Positions 13,574 through 27,994 are shown, numbered from the stretch's first letter. The stretch: 64,000 nucleotides of DNA from Octopus vulgaris (GCA_951406725.2 OX597815.1:51522001-51586000); one strand, 5' to 3'. Program-made: numbers and translations. Notes: generated from the sequence alone by a model not told the origin.

Positions 13574-14896
13574 CAATGTGTCATGAAACTACACTCACAC
13601 ACATACAATGCTGCCACACATTGGATGTGAACCTGAAATCATCTCGTAGGGAAACAACCAGATGAATAACAAAAGAAATTTTCAAGAAAAATGAAAAGCA
13701 GCATAAAAAGGCATGCACAAAGCTGATTCCGTATCCAGTTGTTAAGTGGAAATCATCACAATGTCAGCACTTAACAACGTATTGTTTGCTTCAGTGATGC
13801 CCACAACCTGTATGAGCTGTGAGGGTATAAGATGAGGGCACAGGTCTGATAGGGAATTGATACCATCTTAAAGTAAAGAGCCAATCTCTATAGGCCGGTA
13901 GCAGGTTGACACAGGGAATCAGGAAAAATACATCTTGTAAAGCAATTTTAATAATCATTGATAGTTATCCTGAAACTCTTTAAGAAAATTCAAGACAACA
14001 GTTTTTGAGGATGGCTACAACTTAGTCTGCTGATAGCCAAAAGTTCTGCACTACAAGGAAAATCTTTAGGATATCAAATGTCTCCCTTCCATTATTTACC
14101 ATATTAAAAACCTTGTGGTCTGAAAATAAAATAAGAACAAATACTAATATGAGATGTGGCATAGGTTGGATATTTTGAGAGGATCCAATGGATCAAAGGC
14201 TGATACCTCGCTTCAGTGTCCTTCATGGTCACTATGGCTGAATCCCTTTCCTAACACCAATCACTTTGCTGAGTGTATTGAGTCCAACTTTTCATGTCAT
14301 CAGCATTAATGATGCCTTGCAGTGTGTGTATGTGTGCACGTGTGTGTAGTTAACATATGATCCCTTGACAACACTGTAAACTTCATTTGGTTAAGGTGTC
14401 TTTGGCCTGATGATTTGCTAGCAGATTACCCCTCGTTTAGATAATTACTACTTTCAAGGTTCTGCTGGCTATGAAACATATAGCCTGGATTTTATCTACT
14501 CCATTCTCTAATTTGGGATCTCTCTCTCTCTCTCACACACACACATACTACCTTAGTTCAGAGTCACTGAGAAATATAGATGAAAGATACATCACTCAAC
14601 CTGATAGAGAAGCAACCTAATCTTTCAAAAATTTCATCCTATCATTTAAATGGATATGTGAGATAATATAGTCCTACTCATAAAAATAAAAAATGATGGC
14701 CATGGCTGGAATATTTTTGATCATAGATGTGCTAAAGGAATGTTCAGCTGGGGCTAACACATCATCATCTAAGACAGTTCATCACTATGCAATTCTATTG
14801 CGCAATAATATGTTTTAATGATATACAACAGAGAAACTTGGTTAAAAATTGATCAAGCTAAAAATCCAAAAAGACAGGAGACATGTGTGGTTTCAC

Positions 14897-14927
<31 letters not shown>

Positions 14928-14932
<5 letters not shown>

Positions 14933-15163
14933 GTAAATGTAATATGTGACAATTATTCGGTAGCCATGATAAAACTCCAAGTTTCAGATGCCAAGGTGGA
15001 AATCCACACCGCCATCTCTTCAGTTATCCGGCCATCAGAAAAAATGCCATTTTTCTGATGGCCGGATAACTGAGAGATGGCGGTGTGGATTTCCACCTGG
15101 CATCCGAAACTTGGAGTTTTATCATGGCTACCGAATAATTGTCACATATTACATTTACAGATA
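14928..15163. repeat. Near-perfect ~235-bp palindrome made of two inverted hammerhead-bearing Penelope-like terminal repeats
   Basis: Arms are complementary around CAGAAAAAATG-C-CATTTTTCTG. The - strand left arm reads GAUAA-CUGAAGA-GAUG...CAUC-U-GAAAC-UUGGA-GUU-UUAUC. The right arm has CTGAGA (1-nt core deletion) and extends to ~15215. Confidence 0.92.
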
Positions 15164-16069
15164 AATTCCTCTATTTACATAATATTGAGGTCTCTTTCAT
15201 TCTTTTGTTGTCTTATACATCATCATCTAATGTCCGTTGTCCATGCTGGCATAGGTAGGACAGTTTGACCAGGGCTGGTAAACTGAGGGGCTGCACCAGA
15301 TTCCAATCTGATTAGGTATGATTTCTACAGTTGGATGCCCTTCCTATATACATACATATATTCACAACACGCTTCTTTCAGTTTCTACCTACCAAATCCA
15401 CTCACAAGGCTTTGATTAGCCTAGGGCTACAATAAAAGACACTTGGCCAAGGTGGTTCGGAAACAAGCTTCTTGCATCATAACCAAGAAAACTAAAGGAT
15501 TTTCTCTCTGTAAATTCACAAAATATACTCACCCACCCTTCACCCTCCTTTTCTCTCTCTCTCTCTCTCTCTTTAAGTGATTTTCATCCACTACCATTTT
15601 TAAGGCTGATAGGCAAACTTTGTAAATGTAAACGTTTTATATCATACTCTTTTTGTAAATTACAAAGTCTCTTCAAATTAATCAATCTATTTTCAAATTG
15701 GTTGGTTGTCTTTGATTCTACAACCTCACTTAGTAATTGATTTTAGTCTGTATTGATCCTGTTTCAGAAGATTTGCTGATTTATTCACTTGTTGAGGACT
15801 GACAGAATTCCAAGATATTGTCTTTTTATTCTATGTTTTATTTCATTTATTTATAATTTTTTTCATTGACATTCACTTCCTCTTATTACATTATGGACAC
15901 ATATCATAGACTTGCTTTCATCCCAAATATTAAACCAAATGCTTGTATGGAAGTAAATATTGGATAATTTCATATTTGAACCTATTTCATGAAAATTCAT
16001 ATATTAAAATTTTATGCATTGGTGTATGTGTGTGTGTGTGTGTGTGTATAGATATAGCCAGACAGACAA

Positions 16070-16300
16070 TCATCATCATCATTTAACATCTATCTTCAAT
16101 GATGCTGAAATGGGTTGGACAGTTTGACAGGAGCTGGTAAACTAGAGGACTATGCCAAGCTCCAGTCTGTTCTGACATGGTTTTTATGGATTGATGCCCT
16201 TCCTAACACCAACCTCTTTACAGGATGGACTGAAGACATTTTATGTGCCACCAGCACTGGCAATCTCTGCCTTAGTATGGTTTTTATAGCTGGATGCCCT
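16070..16300 (-). mobile_element. SINE 3' part with (GAT)n tail and AGGAAGGGCATC motif
   Basis: On + it reads CATCATCATC...TGGGTTGGACAGTTTGAC...GATGCCCTTCCTAACACC. Related copies at ~15220-15345, 26920-27090, 37480-37690 and 46470-46650. Confidence 0.7.
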
Positions 16301-18149
16301 TGCTATATATATATATATATACACACACATACACTCCCTCTCTCACACACACACACACTCACTCACACACAGAGTAAAAGGTACATTTTAGCACATTACC
16401 CATTCTGTTACCTTCACTTAAACACTTATTATTTGATGTCAAAATTTTTGTTGCACCAATTGCAACCTGGTCACTGACAAGATTCTACTGCATCTCAATC
16501 TCATACACACACATACACACATACACTTTCTTTCCCTGTCCACTATCCCTGTCATATGGTATATGCACAAAGGAACAAATTCTTTTGACCAGCTGGGAAG
16601 AGCAACTTAATTTCCTTGAAATCACACTGTACTTAACTTTTAAAATGAAGGACACTTTGGATAATGTAGTACTAGACACATTGTGTCAGGGGCAGGGAAG
16701 TGACGGCTAGAACTCCTTTCATCAAAAAGAAGCTCAACCAGGGTTGGCATGAGGTTCAAAAACAACAAACAAAACACACACGTATATATTTACGCACTTA
16801 CACAAATTCAACAAAATAAAAATAGAAATATGTTCTACTTTAGAACAATGACTAATATTTCTTCAGTATTTACTACATTTAATTAACCACATAAAATAAG
16901 AAAGATTGAAAGTGGTGGAGAATAAAATTCAGAGCAAAAATATCTTATTTTCCAAATAATTTTCAGTTTCTTCCTCCATCAATATCCAACCATCACCAAG
17001 CAGTCTAAAGTTTACTAAATCATTTACCATAAGGTATCATGCACTTTCCTCTCACCAATTTTCCACACACACTCACACTTTTTCTCTATCTATACTAAAG
17101 TCATTATTTCCAGTTGAGATAAACCTCTACCTGTAGGTCTTCATAAAGTTATTTACAACACTCTCTCTCCGCCTACATACCATCACTTGCTCCAGTTTAT
17201 TTCTTCACTAATAACCATCAGGTATTAAATATTATGAGAGATAATAAATATTTTTGTGTGCAATTTTTTGTTTTTGTTCTTTAAAAACAATTTTTTATCC
17301 TTGATTTTTATTACTCTTATCATTATTTTTATTTATTTACATCAAAGAATAACCAAACAATTTGTTGTAGTTAAATACTTATTTACAAAAAGGTTTTGCT
17401 CTTGCTACCAGCTAACTACCTATCCTTCACTGTCACGTTGATAAAAATTAAGAGGGAGACAGACAGATAGACACAGTGGGGCGGAAGTGATATAGAAAGT
17501 TTTAATAATATAAAACTTTTCCATTGACTTTTGTCTTTTGGTTGCTTTATTTTCCCATCAATTTTGTCTTTGTTCTTTAATTTTATTACTGTAAGCATCT
17601 TCTTCCAAAATGTATTGTAAATTTTCAATTGCTTTCTCATGAATTTTACAATACATCTTCTCCATCGTATTTCTTTACACACACACACACACACATTATA
17701 AAATTATGCTTATCTTTTCGCTTTTATCACATGGCTGCTGCTTCATTATTGCAATAAAAAGCGATAACATTTCCCCTTTGGATAATTGCTATAACTGATT
17801 AATAAATAAATGATAGTTTACTGCATAGGTTAGCAACAAAACCTAGGTCTATATCAACTACAACTCCGACACAGTAGCTGTTCACACACCAATGTAGTCT
17901 GGACATAGTTGACAGAAGCATAGTATCTGAATGGCAAAAATATTGTACTACAATCAAGAATATTTTCAGTTTTAAGTCATGAAGAAAATGTAATGTATTT
18001 TGAAATATTTTTAATAGAATCTTAATACTGATAATGCTTATCCATCATCTTTCTAATAATAAGAAATAGAAAACACCAGACTATGTGAATGTTTGTGTCT
18101 ACATGTGTATACCTAAGTATATATATATATATATATATACAAATACAAA

Positions 18150-18520
18150 CAATGTTTGTTCCAAAAGTAAGACAAAAGTGGGCCATAACTATTTTTATTA
18201 GTCATCATTGGTTATTCAAACTGCACACATTGCAAAAGTAGCTCTTCTATTGTAACCCTTCTCCATTTCAGGCAAATAAGGGGTTCCAGGCAAAAGTAAT
18301 ATGCTGTGATTGAGTTCTTGATGAAAGAGGAAGTGCAGGTATCCACAAAAGGCTAGAGGTTGTTTACAGAGATAACAGCACTGACAAAAGCAATATACAC
18401 AAATAGATGAAGTTTTAAAAAGGGAAAAACCAGCATTGAAAGTAAAGCAAGCAAGAGACCATAAACTGTGTAACCATTGACATTAATCTCCAGCAAGTGG
18501 ATTTAGTCTACACAAATCAA
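18150..18520 (+). pseudogene. Highly decayed mariner transposase N-terminal fragment
   Basis: Frameshifted translation AVIEFLMKEEV...IHKRLEVVYRDNSTDKSNIHK*MKF...GKTSIE resembles the mariner HTH region. Confidence 0.6.
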
Positions 18521-21500
18521 TTCATCCACTCATTGGTAATTTATATCAGTGGTCGCAGTTGATGATACGGATCATCCAACTGCTCTAAAGACAGGCCTCA
18601 GATGAGTTTAGGCTCAACAGGGTCCTGTGTGTTCAAGACATAGCTGAAAAAGTTCAAGACCATTTTTCAGAATAATCTTTAAATCACTCAGCAACATTTT
18701 ACCATCCCCTATAAATATTGGAATGATTTAATCATCTGTGTCCATAACCTGTCTTCAACTCATAATAGAAGAACCTTCTTAAATCACAATATCAGTAATC
18801 TGCTATAACTCATGGGCCCTTTCATACCACCATGACACTTTCATTATGTAAAGATACATTTGTGTCATGGTCCTTGACATTCACATAATTTCAAAATACA
18901 GAAACTGATTTTTTAGTGTTAAGTGTGCTCCAAAATTGCATGTTAAAATATTTAAATAAATGAACATCTGTTACATGTATAATCTACTCTCTTTTTGTTT
19001 GCATACACTAAACTATATTTACTCACTACAGTCATGCACACTTTGGTTGTATATATAAAAATCACAACGCATCTTCTATACACACACATATGTTTGTTTA
19101 TATAGGATGTGTGTTGTGGTTTATGTGGATTAAAATTAAAGTGTTCAATACATACTTGTAACAAAATGTTTAGAGTCTATTACATATCAGCATGTGCTTG
19201 TTTTTGTGTATGTGTATCTGCATGAGTGTGCGTGTTTGTGTGTGCGCATGTGTGCATCCAAACATGTGTATAGACAAATATATAATTAAATACATGCCTT
19301 GGTTTTATGTAGGTGTTCAAGTAAATACTAGCAAAGCAACTTACTTCACACCCTGTAAAGATCACTAGCATTCACTTCAACATGTTTCTGAAACTATGGA
19401 TAAGACCTAATATATAATTACCTACAGAAACACATACACATACACACACGCAAGAAAGAGGAAAATAAATAAAATATAGAATTAGACAAAGATCAAAGTC
19501 AGATCTATTTAATAGTCAGATACTTTACTGTTAAAACGTCAAACTCAATTCTAAATTCCTGGTGTAATCACACAGACATGAGATAAATAAGCCTCATAAT
19601 AATATATTCAACTGCATATCTTAGAGAAAAGATATCCACTTTTAATTAATGTAATTTCAAACAAACATTTACAATACACACACAAGAACATACAATCCAT
19701 TTCAAATTGCTCTCCTCACAAGTTGAATGCACACACATGTACACATACACACCTACATACGTATACTCTTTCAATTATTTCAGTCACTGGACAGTGGCCA
19801 TACTAGAGCACCATACTGAAGGATTTTTAATTTAACATATTGATCCCATTACTTATGTTTATGCTTCTTTTATTATTTTTTTTTATTTTTTACTTGTTTC
19901 GGTCGTTTTACACCATCCATACTGGGGCACTGCCTTGACGAGTTTTAGTTAAATAAATTGACCCCCAGATCTTTTTTTTTTTTAATACTTATTCTATTGG
20001 CCGCTTTTGCTGGACTGCTAACTTACAGGAATGTAAACACACCAACATCAGTTCTCAAACAGTAGCATGGGGGTGGGGACACACAGTCACACACACATAT
20101 GCGTATATATATATATATACACACACATACACACACACTTTCAGTTTCTGTCTACCAGAACCACTCACAAGGATTTGATCAACCTGAGGCTATAGTAGAA
20201 GACACTTTCCCAAGGTGCCAAGCAGTGGGACTGAACCATAGACTATGTGGTTTCAAAGCAAACTCCTTAACCACACAACTATATCAGCACTTTATAAGAT
20301 AATTAGAGGAGGGCCAGTGCTTATAACCTCCTCTGCCATCCAACTTCAATTAGTGAGGCTGATACAGTCATAAATTTTTGAAGTTATTTTTTTTTTCATA
20401 AAAAAGCTCCCCACCCCATTATTTCCAAGGCTGTGAGCAAAACAAATCCCTATCCAAACAGAGATTATCTAACTTATGTGAACGTCCTGATCTGAAGCTC
20501 CACCATTTACAGTCCTTTTAAACAGTCTATTAAAATTTTATTGAAATGGTGTCAAGTCCCAAAAATCTCATGATTTATTTACCTCCATACTTATTACAAA
20601 TGTGTCAAAATTCAAGTTCCAGTGGCTTGTACTTTTGAATTTAGATATGTCTAAAAACACTGTGAAAGGCTTCACATAAATATTTCTAAAATTGCCAAAA
20701 AAAAATGTTTCCTTTCCAAGAATCTGAAAAAAAAAAGAAAAAAATCATGCAACTGCTATACCACAGTCACTATTTGCATAATTTGAAGATGCTTATCACC
20801 TCAGTTTCAAAGATATGACATCACAAATATGGCTAATTATTCATTTAGGCCATTTATGCAAGATTTTGACCAACTTGTTGACCATTCAAATTGTCATATT
20901 TCCTAAAATATTTATCCAAATTTCATAAATGACATATTAAAATGTTTCTTTTTGGATGCTCTCCAAGAAACAGTGCAGTAGAAATTACATTTAAATATTT
21001 TCAAAAATTCATAGAGATACCTATTCTCAGTAGGATATGAATCAATGGCAACACATGAGCTTGCATTTGCCTACCTTAGCCGCTTCACCTTTCATCACTC
21101 CTGTCTCATTTAGCATATACATACAAAACACACACTCATATATAGAATACAGGAATGAATACTTAAGGATTCAAAACAACAAACTTGCAATTACTATCAT
21201 TAACATAGGGAAGCTGTATAGATTTTCCAACAATCCCATTTGTCATTGTTGCAAGAAGATTGAGAATTGGAGTGAGTGGTGAGAAAAGAAAGGGAGCAAA
21301 AGCTAGTAAAAATAACATTTATTCTAAAGGAATGTATACATATACATTTTGTAAATTTTAATTTCTACTTATTTCCTTCATTAGACTGTGGCCATACATG
21401 GGCACCGCCTTGAAGAATTTTTAGTTGAATGGATTGACCCCCAGGATTTTTTTTCTTTAAAACCTGGTTGGTACTTATTCTATCAGTCTCTTTCACTAAA

Positions 21501-21871
21501 CTGCTAAATTACAAGGATGACAACACACCAAAACCAATTGTCAAGCAGTAATGGGGGACAAACACAGATACAATGACAAATGCATACACACACACATATA
21601 CAATGGGCTTCTTTCAGTGCACATCTACCAAATCCACTCATAATGCTTTGGTCAACCCAAGCCTTTAGTAGAAGACACTTGCCCAAGGAGCCATGCAGTG
21701 GGACTGAACCCAGAACTACGGTGTTGGGAAGCAAATTTCTTGCCATACAACTATGCCTGCACTTATATATCTTGTATATGAAATGTGTGCACATGGGTAT
21801 GAGTGTGTATATATATATATAATATTAATTAAAAGTATGTTAAAAAAACCTTTTTAGGTGAATTATACAAC

Positions 21872-22006
21872 ATATTCTATAATTATATACCTAATTATAA
21901 TCAGGGGTCAGCTAAATGCCTCGCCATGTACCTAACCCTAATTCAGTACGTGGCGAGGCCTCTAGCTAACCCCTGATTATAATTATGTACATCAATTATA
22001 GAATAT
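21872..22006. repeat. Fold-back inverted repeat (~60-bp arms)
   Basis: ATATTCTATAATT...TAATTATAATCAGGGGTCAGCTA..GCCTCGCCATGTAC pairs with GTACGTGGCGAGGC..TAGCTAACCCCTGATTATAATTA...AATTATAGAATAT. Confidence 0.9.
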
Positions 22007-22144
22007 TTTATTCATATATATATATATATATATATATAATAATATTTTATAAGCTCAAAGCTTATAGCAATCACCACACAATGATTAAAGAAAATAGTCT
22101 AATAATGGGGCATATAAACCCTCAATAGAAAAAAGTAGGTTTTC

Positions 22145-22203
22145 CTGTATGCGTGGGACTCAAACCTACACCTCTCTGTTTATACGACCGAGTGTACTAC
22201 CGA
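22145..22203 (-). pseudogene. Truncated tRNA-like sequence (tRNA pseudogene or SINE head)
   Basis: Minus strand TCGGTAGTACACTCGG...AGAGGTGTAGGTTTGAGTCCCAC shows a partial D arm and a T-arm/B box. The 5' acceptor strand is replaced by (TA)n. Confidence 0.5.
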
Positions 22204-22215
22204 TATATATATATG

Positions 22216-22268
<53 letters not shown>

Positions 22269-22272
<4 letters not shown>

Positions 22273-22655
22273 GTAGCTGTGTGGTAAGTAGCCTGTTTAC
22301 CAACCACATGGTTCCAGGTTCAGTCCCACTGTGTGGCACCTTGAGCAAGTGTCTTCTACTATAGCCTCAGGCCGACCAAAGCCTTGTGAGTGGATTTGGT
22401 ACACAGAAACTGAAAGAACCCCGTTGTATATATTATATATGTGTATATGTTTGTGTGTCTGTGTTTGTTCCCCCAAGATCGCTTGACAATTGATGGTGGT
22501 GTGTTTATGTCCCTGTAACTTAGCAGTTCAGGAAAAGAGACAGATAGAATAAGTACTAGGCTTACAAAGAATAAGTCCTGGGGTCAATTTGCTCGACTAA
22601 AGGCAGTGCTCCAGCATGGCTGCAGTCAAATGACTGAAACAAGTAAATGAGTAAA
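22269..22655 (+). mobile_element. Near full-length bipartite tRNA-derived SINE (commonest family in the window, >12 copies)
   Basis: A box TAGCTGTGTGG, B box GGTTCAGTCCC, CTTGAGCAAGTGTCTTCTACTATAGCC, internal TA/TG tract, and tail GCTCCAGCATGGCTGCAGTCAAATGACTGAAACAAG. Copies at ~19900-20285, 21365-21765, 24540-24910, 28525-28685 and 60820-61190. Confidence 0.88.
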
Positions 22656-22664
22656 TATATATAT

Positions 22665-22701
<37 letters not shown>

Positions 22702-22752
22702 CATACATACATACATCTATATACACATATATGTATATGCACATAAATTTAT

Positions 22753-22784
<32 letters not shown>

Positions 22785-23541
22785 GTAGGTATGCACACAC
22801 ATACCTACACAGTCATATACACATACATACACACACATTCCAAACACAGACACATACCTATGCAGATATAGATATATCTACACATGGACACGTACATAAA
22901 CAAATAAATAGGCACATACTTGTTCACACACACAACAAACACATACACAAACACTAACATACACACACATACATCCAAGACATGCAAAAGGAAAGTCTTG
23001 ACCTCTTCAGTGAAACAGTGTTTAATATGGCTATTTATATGAATGTTTAACACTTTTGTTATGTTTTGTTTCTGCATCACGGCAGAAAGAAATGAGTCAG
23101 GTTGACAAAAAAGTGTTACAAGAACATAAATGATCCTTTTCTCTTACTGGAAAAGTACCAATCAGTGCACCCATCAGAAGTGTCTCCATTCAACTTAACA
23201 CCCAGACAGTTTATTTTGGGATGAAATAAATAAATTAAAATCTGGAAAAAAAAAGAAGACAACAACGACTACATGAACAAAAAACAATATCAGTTATGAG
23301 CATGTATGTATGTGTATATATCTATATATATATATATAAATACACAAATATAGGTATATATACACACACACATACAGACATATGCATCTATGTATACATA
23401 CAAATATGTTTATATATATGTATATGCATATCTATGCGTATATAAGCATATGTATATACATATGTATGCACATCTATGCGTATGTATATATACACACATA
23501 TACACACACCCATACATACATTTATATTTATATATATATGA

Positions 23542-23582
<41 letters not shown>

Positions 23583-25038
23583 TACAGAAATATATATAAA
23601 TACACACACACACACACACACACATACATAGGTTGGTGTGTGCATGCATGTGTGGCTGTGTGTATCTACACACACATTCAAACAAACAAGTAAATTTTTT
23701 TTTTAAATAATGTGACACACAAAATAAACATACACGAAGTAAGAGTGAAGGCATTGAAGATACAACACTCAACCGGATAAATTAGGTCTGTCGAAAAACA
23801 TAAAAGAGTATTATTATGCATGAAGCATGTTGAAGAAGTAACAAAAGATAAAGTCAACTTCTTTGCTATAGAAGCACCAAAGAAAACACCAAAATAAGAA
23901 AAATAAGAAAATTTTAAAAAAGCTGTAGAGTTATCTTTTTTTTTTTTTGTCTTTCACTTAGAACATATAACAGTAGCAAAGATTATTCAAGGAAAAGATT
24001 AGAAGTAGGCATAAGGAAATATATACAGGTCCCTTTTCATGGTAGAAATAATCTTATGTCAGTTGCTTACTTTATTTTTGGACAGAGACAGAGAGAGAGA
24101 CAAAAAAAAATGGTTATTAATATAATCAATACATACAAATCCATTAACATGAATGCACAGGACCTTATAAATAGCAATAACTACACACAGAAGACAAGAC
24201 AATGTCTTTCTATATTCATTTACAGGACAGCATGATCATTAATAAATATTTACACATGCGTTTGTGTGTGTGTGTGTATTTGTTGGTTAATTCATAAACT
24301 AAATATGAGAGTGGCTGTGTGTGTGTTGCTTTGCACTCATGTGGTTTCAGGTTCAATCCCACTTCATAACAGCTTTTCACAATTGTTTTCAAATGTAGCC
24401 CCATGTTGACCAAAGCCATGCAAGTAAATTTGTAAGGTAAAAACTAAAAAAAAAAAGCTTGCCACTGTGTGTATGTGTGTGTGTATAAATATATATATAC
24501 ATATACATACATATATAGGTATGTATATCCCTTTTTTTGTTTTTCATTTGTTCCAGTCATTTGACTGTGGCTATGCTGGAGCACTACATTTAGTCAAGCA
24601 AATTGACCCCAGGACTTATTCTTTGTAAGCCTAGTACATATTCTATCAGTCATTTTTTTGCCAAACCACTAAGTTATGGGGATGTAAAGACCCCAACATC
24701 AGTTGTCAAGTGATGGTGGGGGAACAAACACAGACACACAAACATATATATATATATATATGTATACAATGAGCTTCTTTCGGTTTCCATCTACCAAATC
24801 CACTCATAAGGCCCTGGTTATAGCAGAAGATGCCTGCCCAAGGTGTCACGCAGTGGGACTGAACCCAGAACCATGTGGTTGAGAAGCAAGCTTCTTACCA
24901 CACAGCCACGTCTATATACATACATACATACATATATATATATATATGTACATATATATATTTACATGTGTGTATCTCTATATATGTGTATGTGTATATA
25001 TATGTACATATATGTGTGTGTGTATGTATGTGTGTATG

Positions 25039-25078
<40 letters not shown>

Positions 25079-25079
<1 letters not shown>

Positions 25080-25600
25080 TGAATGACCCAGCATTGCCGG
25101 GTTACTGCTGTCCTTATTCAGATTAATAAACAATAAATATAAAGATATATTCTCAAAATTATTTCAAAATATCTATATTTTATTAAAAAATATCCAAATT
25201 GTAATGTTAATAGAATTTTTAACTAAAAATCTGTCAATGTCGAAGCACCGCAGGGTAAACAATATTCATTGTTTAATTTTTTGTTGGTGTCAAAATGAAT
25301 AAACTATTGCTGCTTCAAACTCACAATGCAGAGTTGGTCGTGGGAGAAGCATGTAGTAGAGAGTCCAACTACCTCGAGGGACTGACTCTGAGATTTGTTA
25401 ATTGAAATACCAAAGCTTAGTTTGATTAGAAACTGAAGCATCTTTAATTCAAATGGAACATCTGTAAGTATGAGAGGAATTTTTGGAATAAAGACATTTT
25501 CTCCTTTGTGACTACCTGTTATAATTGTTGCCTCTAAGACAAGGAGAGCATCTGAGAGATGAATATAATTTTTAGCCCTTTACTTCTATAAAGTTCAAAG
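25079..25600 (-). mobile_element. Helitron 3' end with decayed Pif1-type helicase C-terminus
   Basis: Minus translation LVLEATIITGSHKGENVFIPKIPLILTDVPFELKMLQFLIKLSFGISINKSQSQSLEVVGL..CFSHDQL matches Helitron QFP..TINKSQGQ..FSHGQLY motifs. A subterminal hairpin ACCCGGC-AAT-GCTGGGT precedes a CTAG-like TCAG|T end. Confidence 0.88.
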
Positions 25601-25624
25601 TGAACTCAACCTTTTATATCCCAC

Positions 25625-26340
25625 CCAAGAGATAACACCTTATGAGGGTGAAGACCTTCTTTAGCCTGGGGTGCTAGTGTTTCTTCTTTCCCTAACCACT
25701 GTCTTCAGTGTTTGACATTTTTATAGAGAACCCATTTCTTGTCACCAGTCACTATTCAATTCAAAAAAGATTCATTTGTGAAACATGACAGCAAAGAAGA
25801 GCACACATTCACTCTCTGTGCATGATTAGGCTCGGAAACTTTGTGAGGAACCCACTGACCCAGTTCGTTGACTTTTCCAATAGTATGCAGGTGTCGATCA
25901 ATGATTGAATGACCAAATCCAAGCTGGGATTTTGTTCCACCAGAGTTTGCAGGACATTCTCGTTCACCTCTACAGATCTTCCAGGATGAGGCTTGTCTTT
26001 TAGGCTGTAATTTCCAGTTTGGAATTTCTGGAACCACAGTTGACACTGGCTTATGCTTATTGTCCAATCCTCATATACTGCATTAATATACCTCGCACTT
26101 TCCGTTGTGTTGTTGCCTTTATTGAACTCATAAAGCAAAATATGCTGAATATGCTCCTTTGTCACTTCCATTGTATCTTTGAAAAAACCGCTACAATCGA
26201 ACTGGACTCTTCAAAACTTGCACACGGTAAAATTACTACCTGCTTTTATAGCAAGCTGATGCAGGTAGTTTATTCCATCTCCCTCCAACTTTTAGTTCAT
26301 ACTATTGAAAAAATTGCCTTATTTATGGAAAGACCCAGTA
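25625..26340 (-). mobile_element. Mariner transposon, 5' half, frameshifted transposase
   Basis: MEVTKEHIQHILLYEFNKG...WFQKFQTGNYSLKD.PHPGRS, then GQWVPHK and IVTGDKKW. The TIR TA-CTGGGTCTTTCCATAAATAA lies at 26319-26340. Confidence 0.92.
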
Positions 26341-26550
26341 TATGGCTATGTGGCTAAGAAGTTTGCTTTGCAGCCATGTAGTTTTGGGTTCAGTTCCGCT
26401 GTGGGGTTACTTTGGCAAGTATTTTCTAATATGGCTCTCCAGCCTGACAAATGTATTGTGAGTGAATCTGATAGATAGAAACTGTGTAGAAGCCCATCAC
26501 ATAGACATGCGTGTGTATGCATGTGTATATATGTGTGTGTGTGTGTGTGT

Positions 26551-26757
26551 GAGGTTACACTGAAAAGTTCCTGGCTTTGGGTAAAAGAAAATACAGGAGG
26601 ATCGGTTAATTATGATTTTATTCAATATATTCCTCTCTCAGATTCACACACTTATTGCAATGGTCCTTCAGTTTTCCTAAGCCCTGTAAAAAAACTCGGG
26701 CCTCCAAGTAGGTTTTTTTTACAATACCTTTAAAGCCAGGAGCTTTTCAGTACCCAC
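26551..26757. mobile_element. Mariner-type MITE
   Basis: Inverted ends CTGAAAAGTTCCTGGCTTT / AAAGCCAGGAGCTTTTCAG about 190 bp apart, within microsatellite. Confidence 0.75.
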
Positions 26758-26779
26758 CACCCCATATATATATAGATAT

Positions 26780-26919
<140 letters not shown>

Positions 26920-27994
26920 TCATTTAATAGCCATCTTCCATGCCGGCATGAATTGAGCAGTTTCACAAGAGCTGGTAAGCCAGAGAACTGCACAAGCTCC
27001 TCTGTCTGCTTTGGCATGGTTTTTACAATTGATGCCCTTCCTAACACCAGTCATTTTACAGAGTGGACTTGGTGCTTTAAACATGACACCAGCATGAGTG
27101 AGATCCCTAACTTACAAGACAAAGATCACTCAATTGAAGTGGTGAGGGGGACATTGAGGACAGTGGCTCATGCCAGGTGATGAGAGGCTCAAGTATGACA
27201 GAGGGAGAAAAACAGGTGTCTTACTGTAGAGGAAATATATGGTTACCCCAGCTGGAGAGAGAGAGAGAGAAAGGGGTAGAAATGATGACGATGTGTATTA
27301 TGTATATTATCCTCTTCTACACCAGCATAAGATACGTTCCATAGAGAAATCTAAATCTTTTCCCACCCGCCCTTCTCTCTCTTCAAATAACAATGTTCCA
27401 ACAAGCACAGGAAAGCCTAAAAGAGCTACGGGGGGGGGGGGTATGTACCCTCCTCTCTCTCATTTCTCCTTGCCTCTGATTAATGATTAAGAAGAAAAAA
27501 AATTATTACATGTATAGAATATACACATATAGAAATTCGTGAAAACCCCCATGTAGAAGGATTTTTTTTACAGGAAATGAGCTCAGGCATGTCAAAGCAA
27601 AAAGCATGCAAGTACACATTGTCTCTCACCTCCTCTTCCTTTTCTTCTCTATATATCTTTTGTTCGCCCACCACCACACCATATCCTCTCTTCAAGAGGA
27701 TCCAGTTATTTTGGCACAATGCCTGGCATTAGCATTATTAAAAAAGGTGTGGCACCCAATACCCACCAAAAAATTTAAAGCATAACAATAACATTGTCTG
27801 AGCCACACCAACACCACCACTGACAGCACAACCTCCACCACACCACCCACCCATAAGAAAGAGGAGAAAGTTTTATAGGCTTATCACATCTCTTGCAAGA
27901 ACTTATCTAACTATTATATATGTTTGCCCCAGCAGCGTATCTTTCTTACAAAGCAGCCTTTCAACACCCTATCTAATCTTAGAGGCATCCTTTC

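Noticed and set aside
13738-13778. 11-bp inverted repeat GTTGTTAAGTG/CACTTAACAAC with a C-box-like GTGATGA on the - strand
   Set aside because: The stem is too short for a pre-miRNA, and I found no properly placed D box or terminal stem for a snoRNA.
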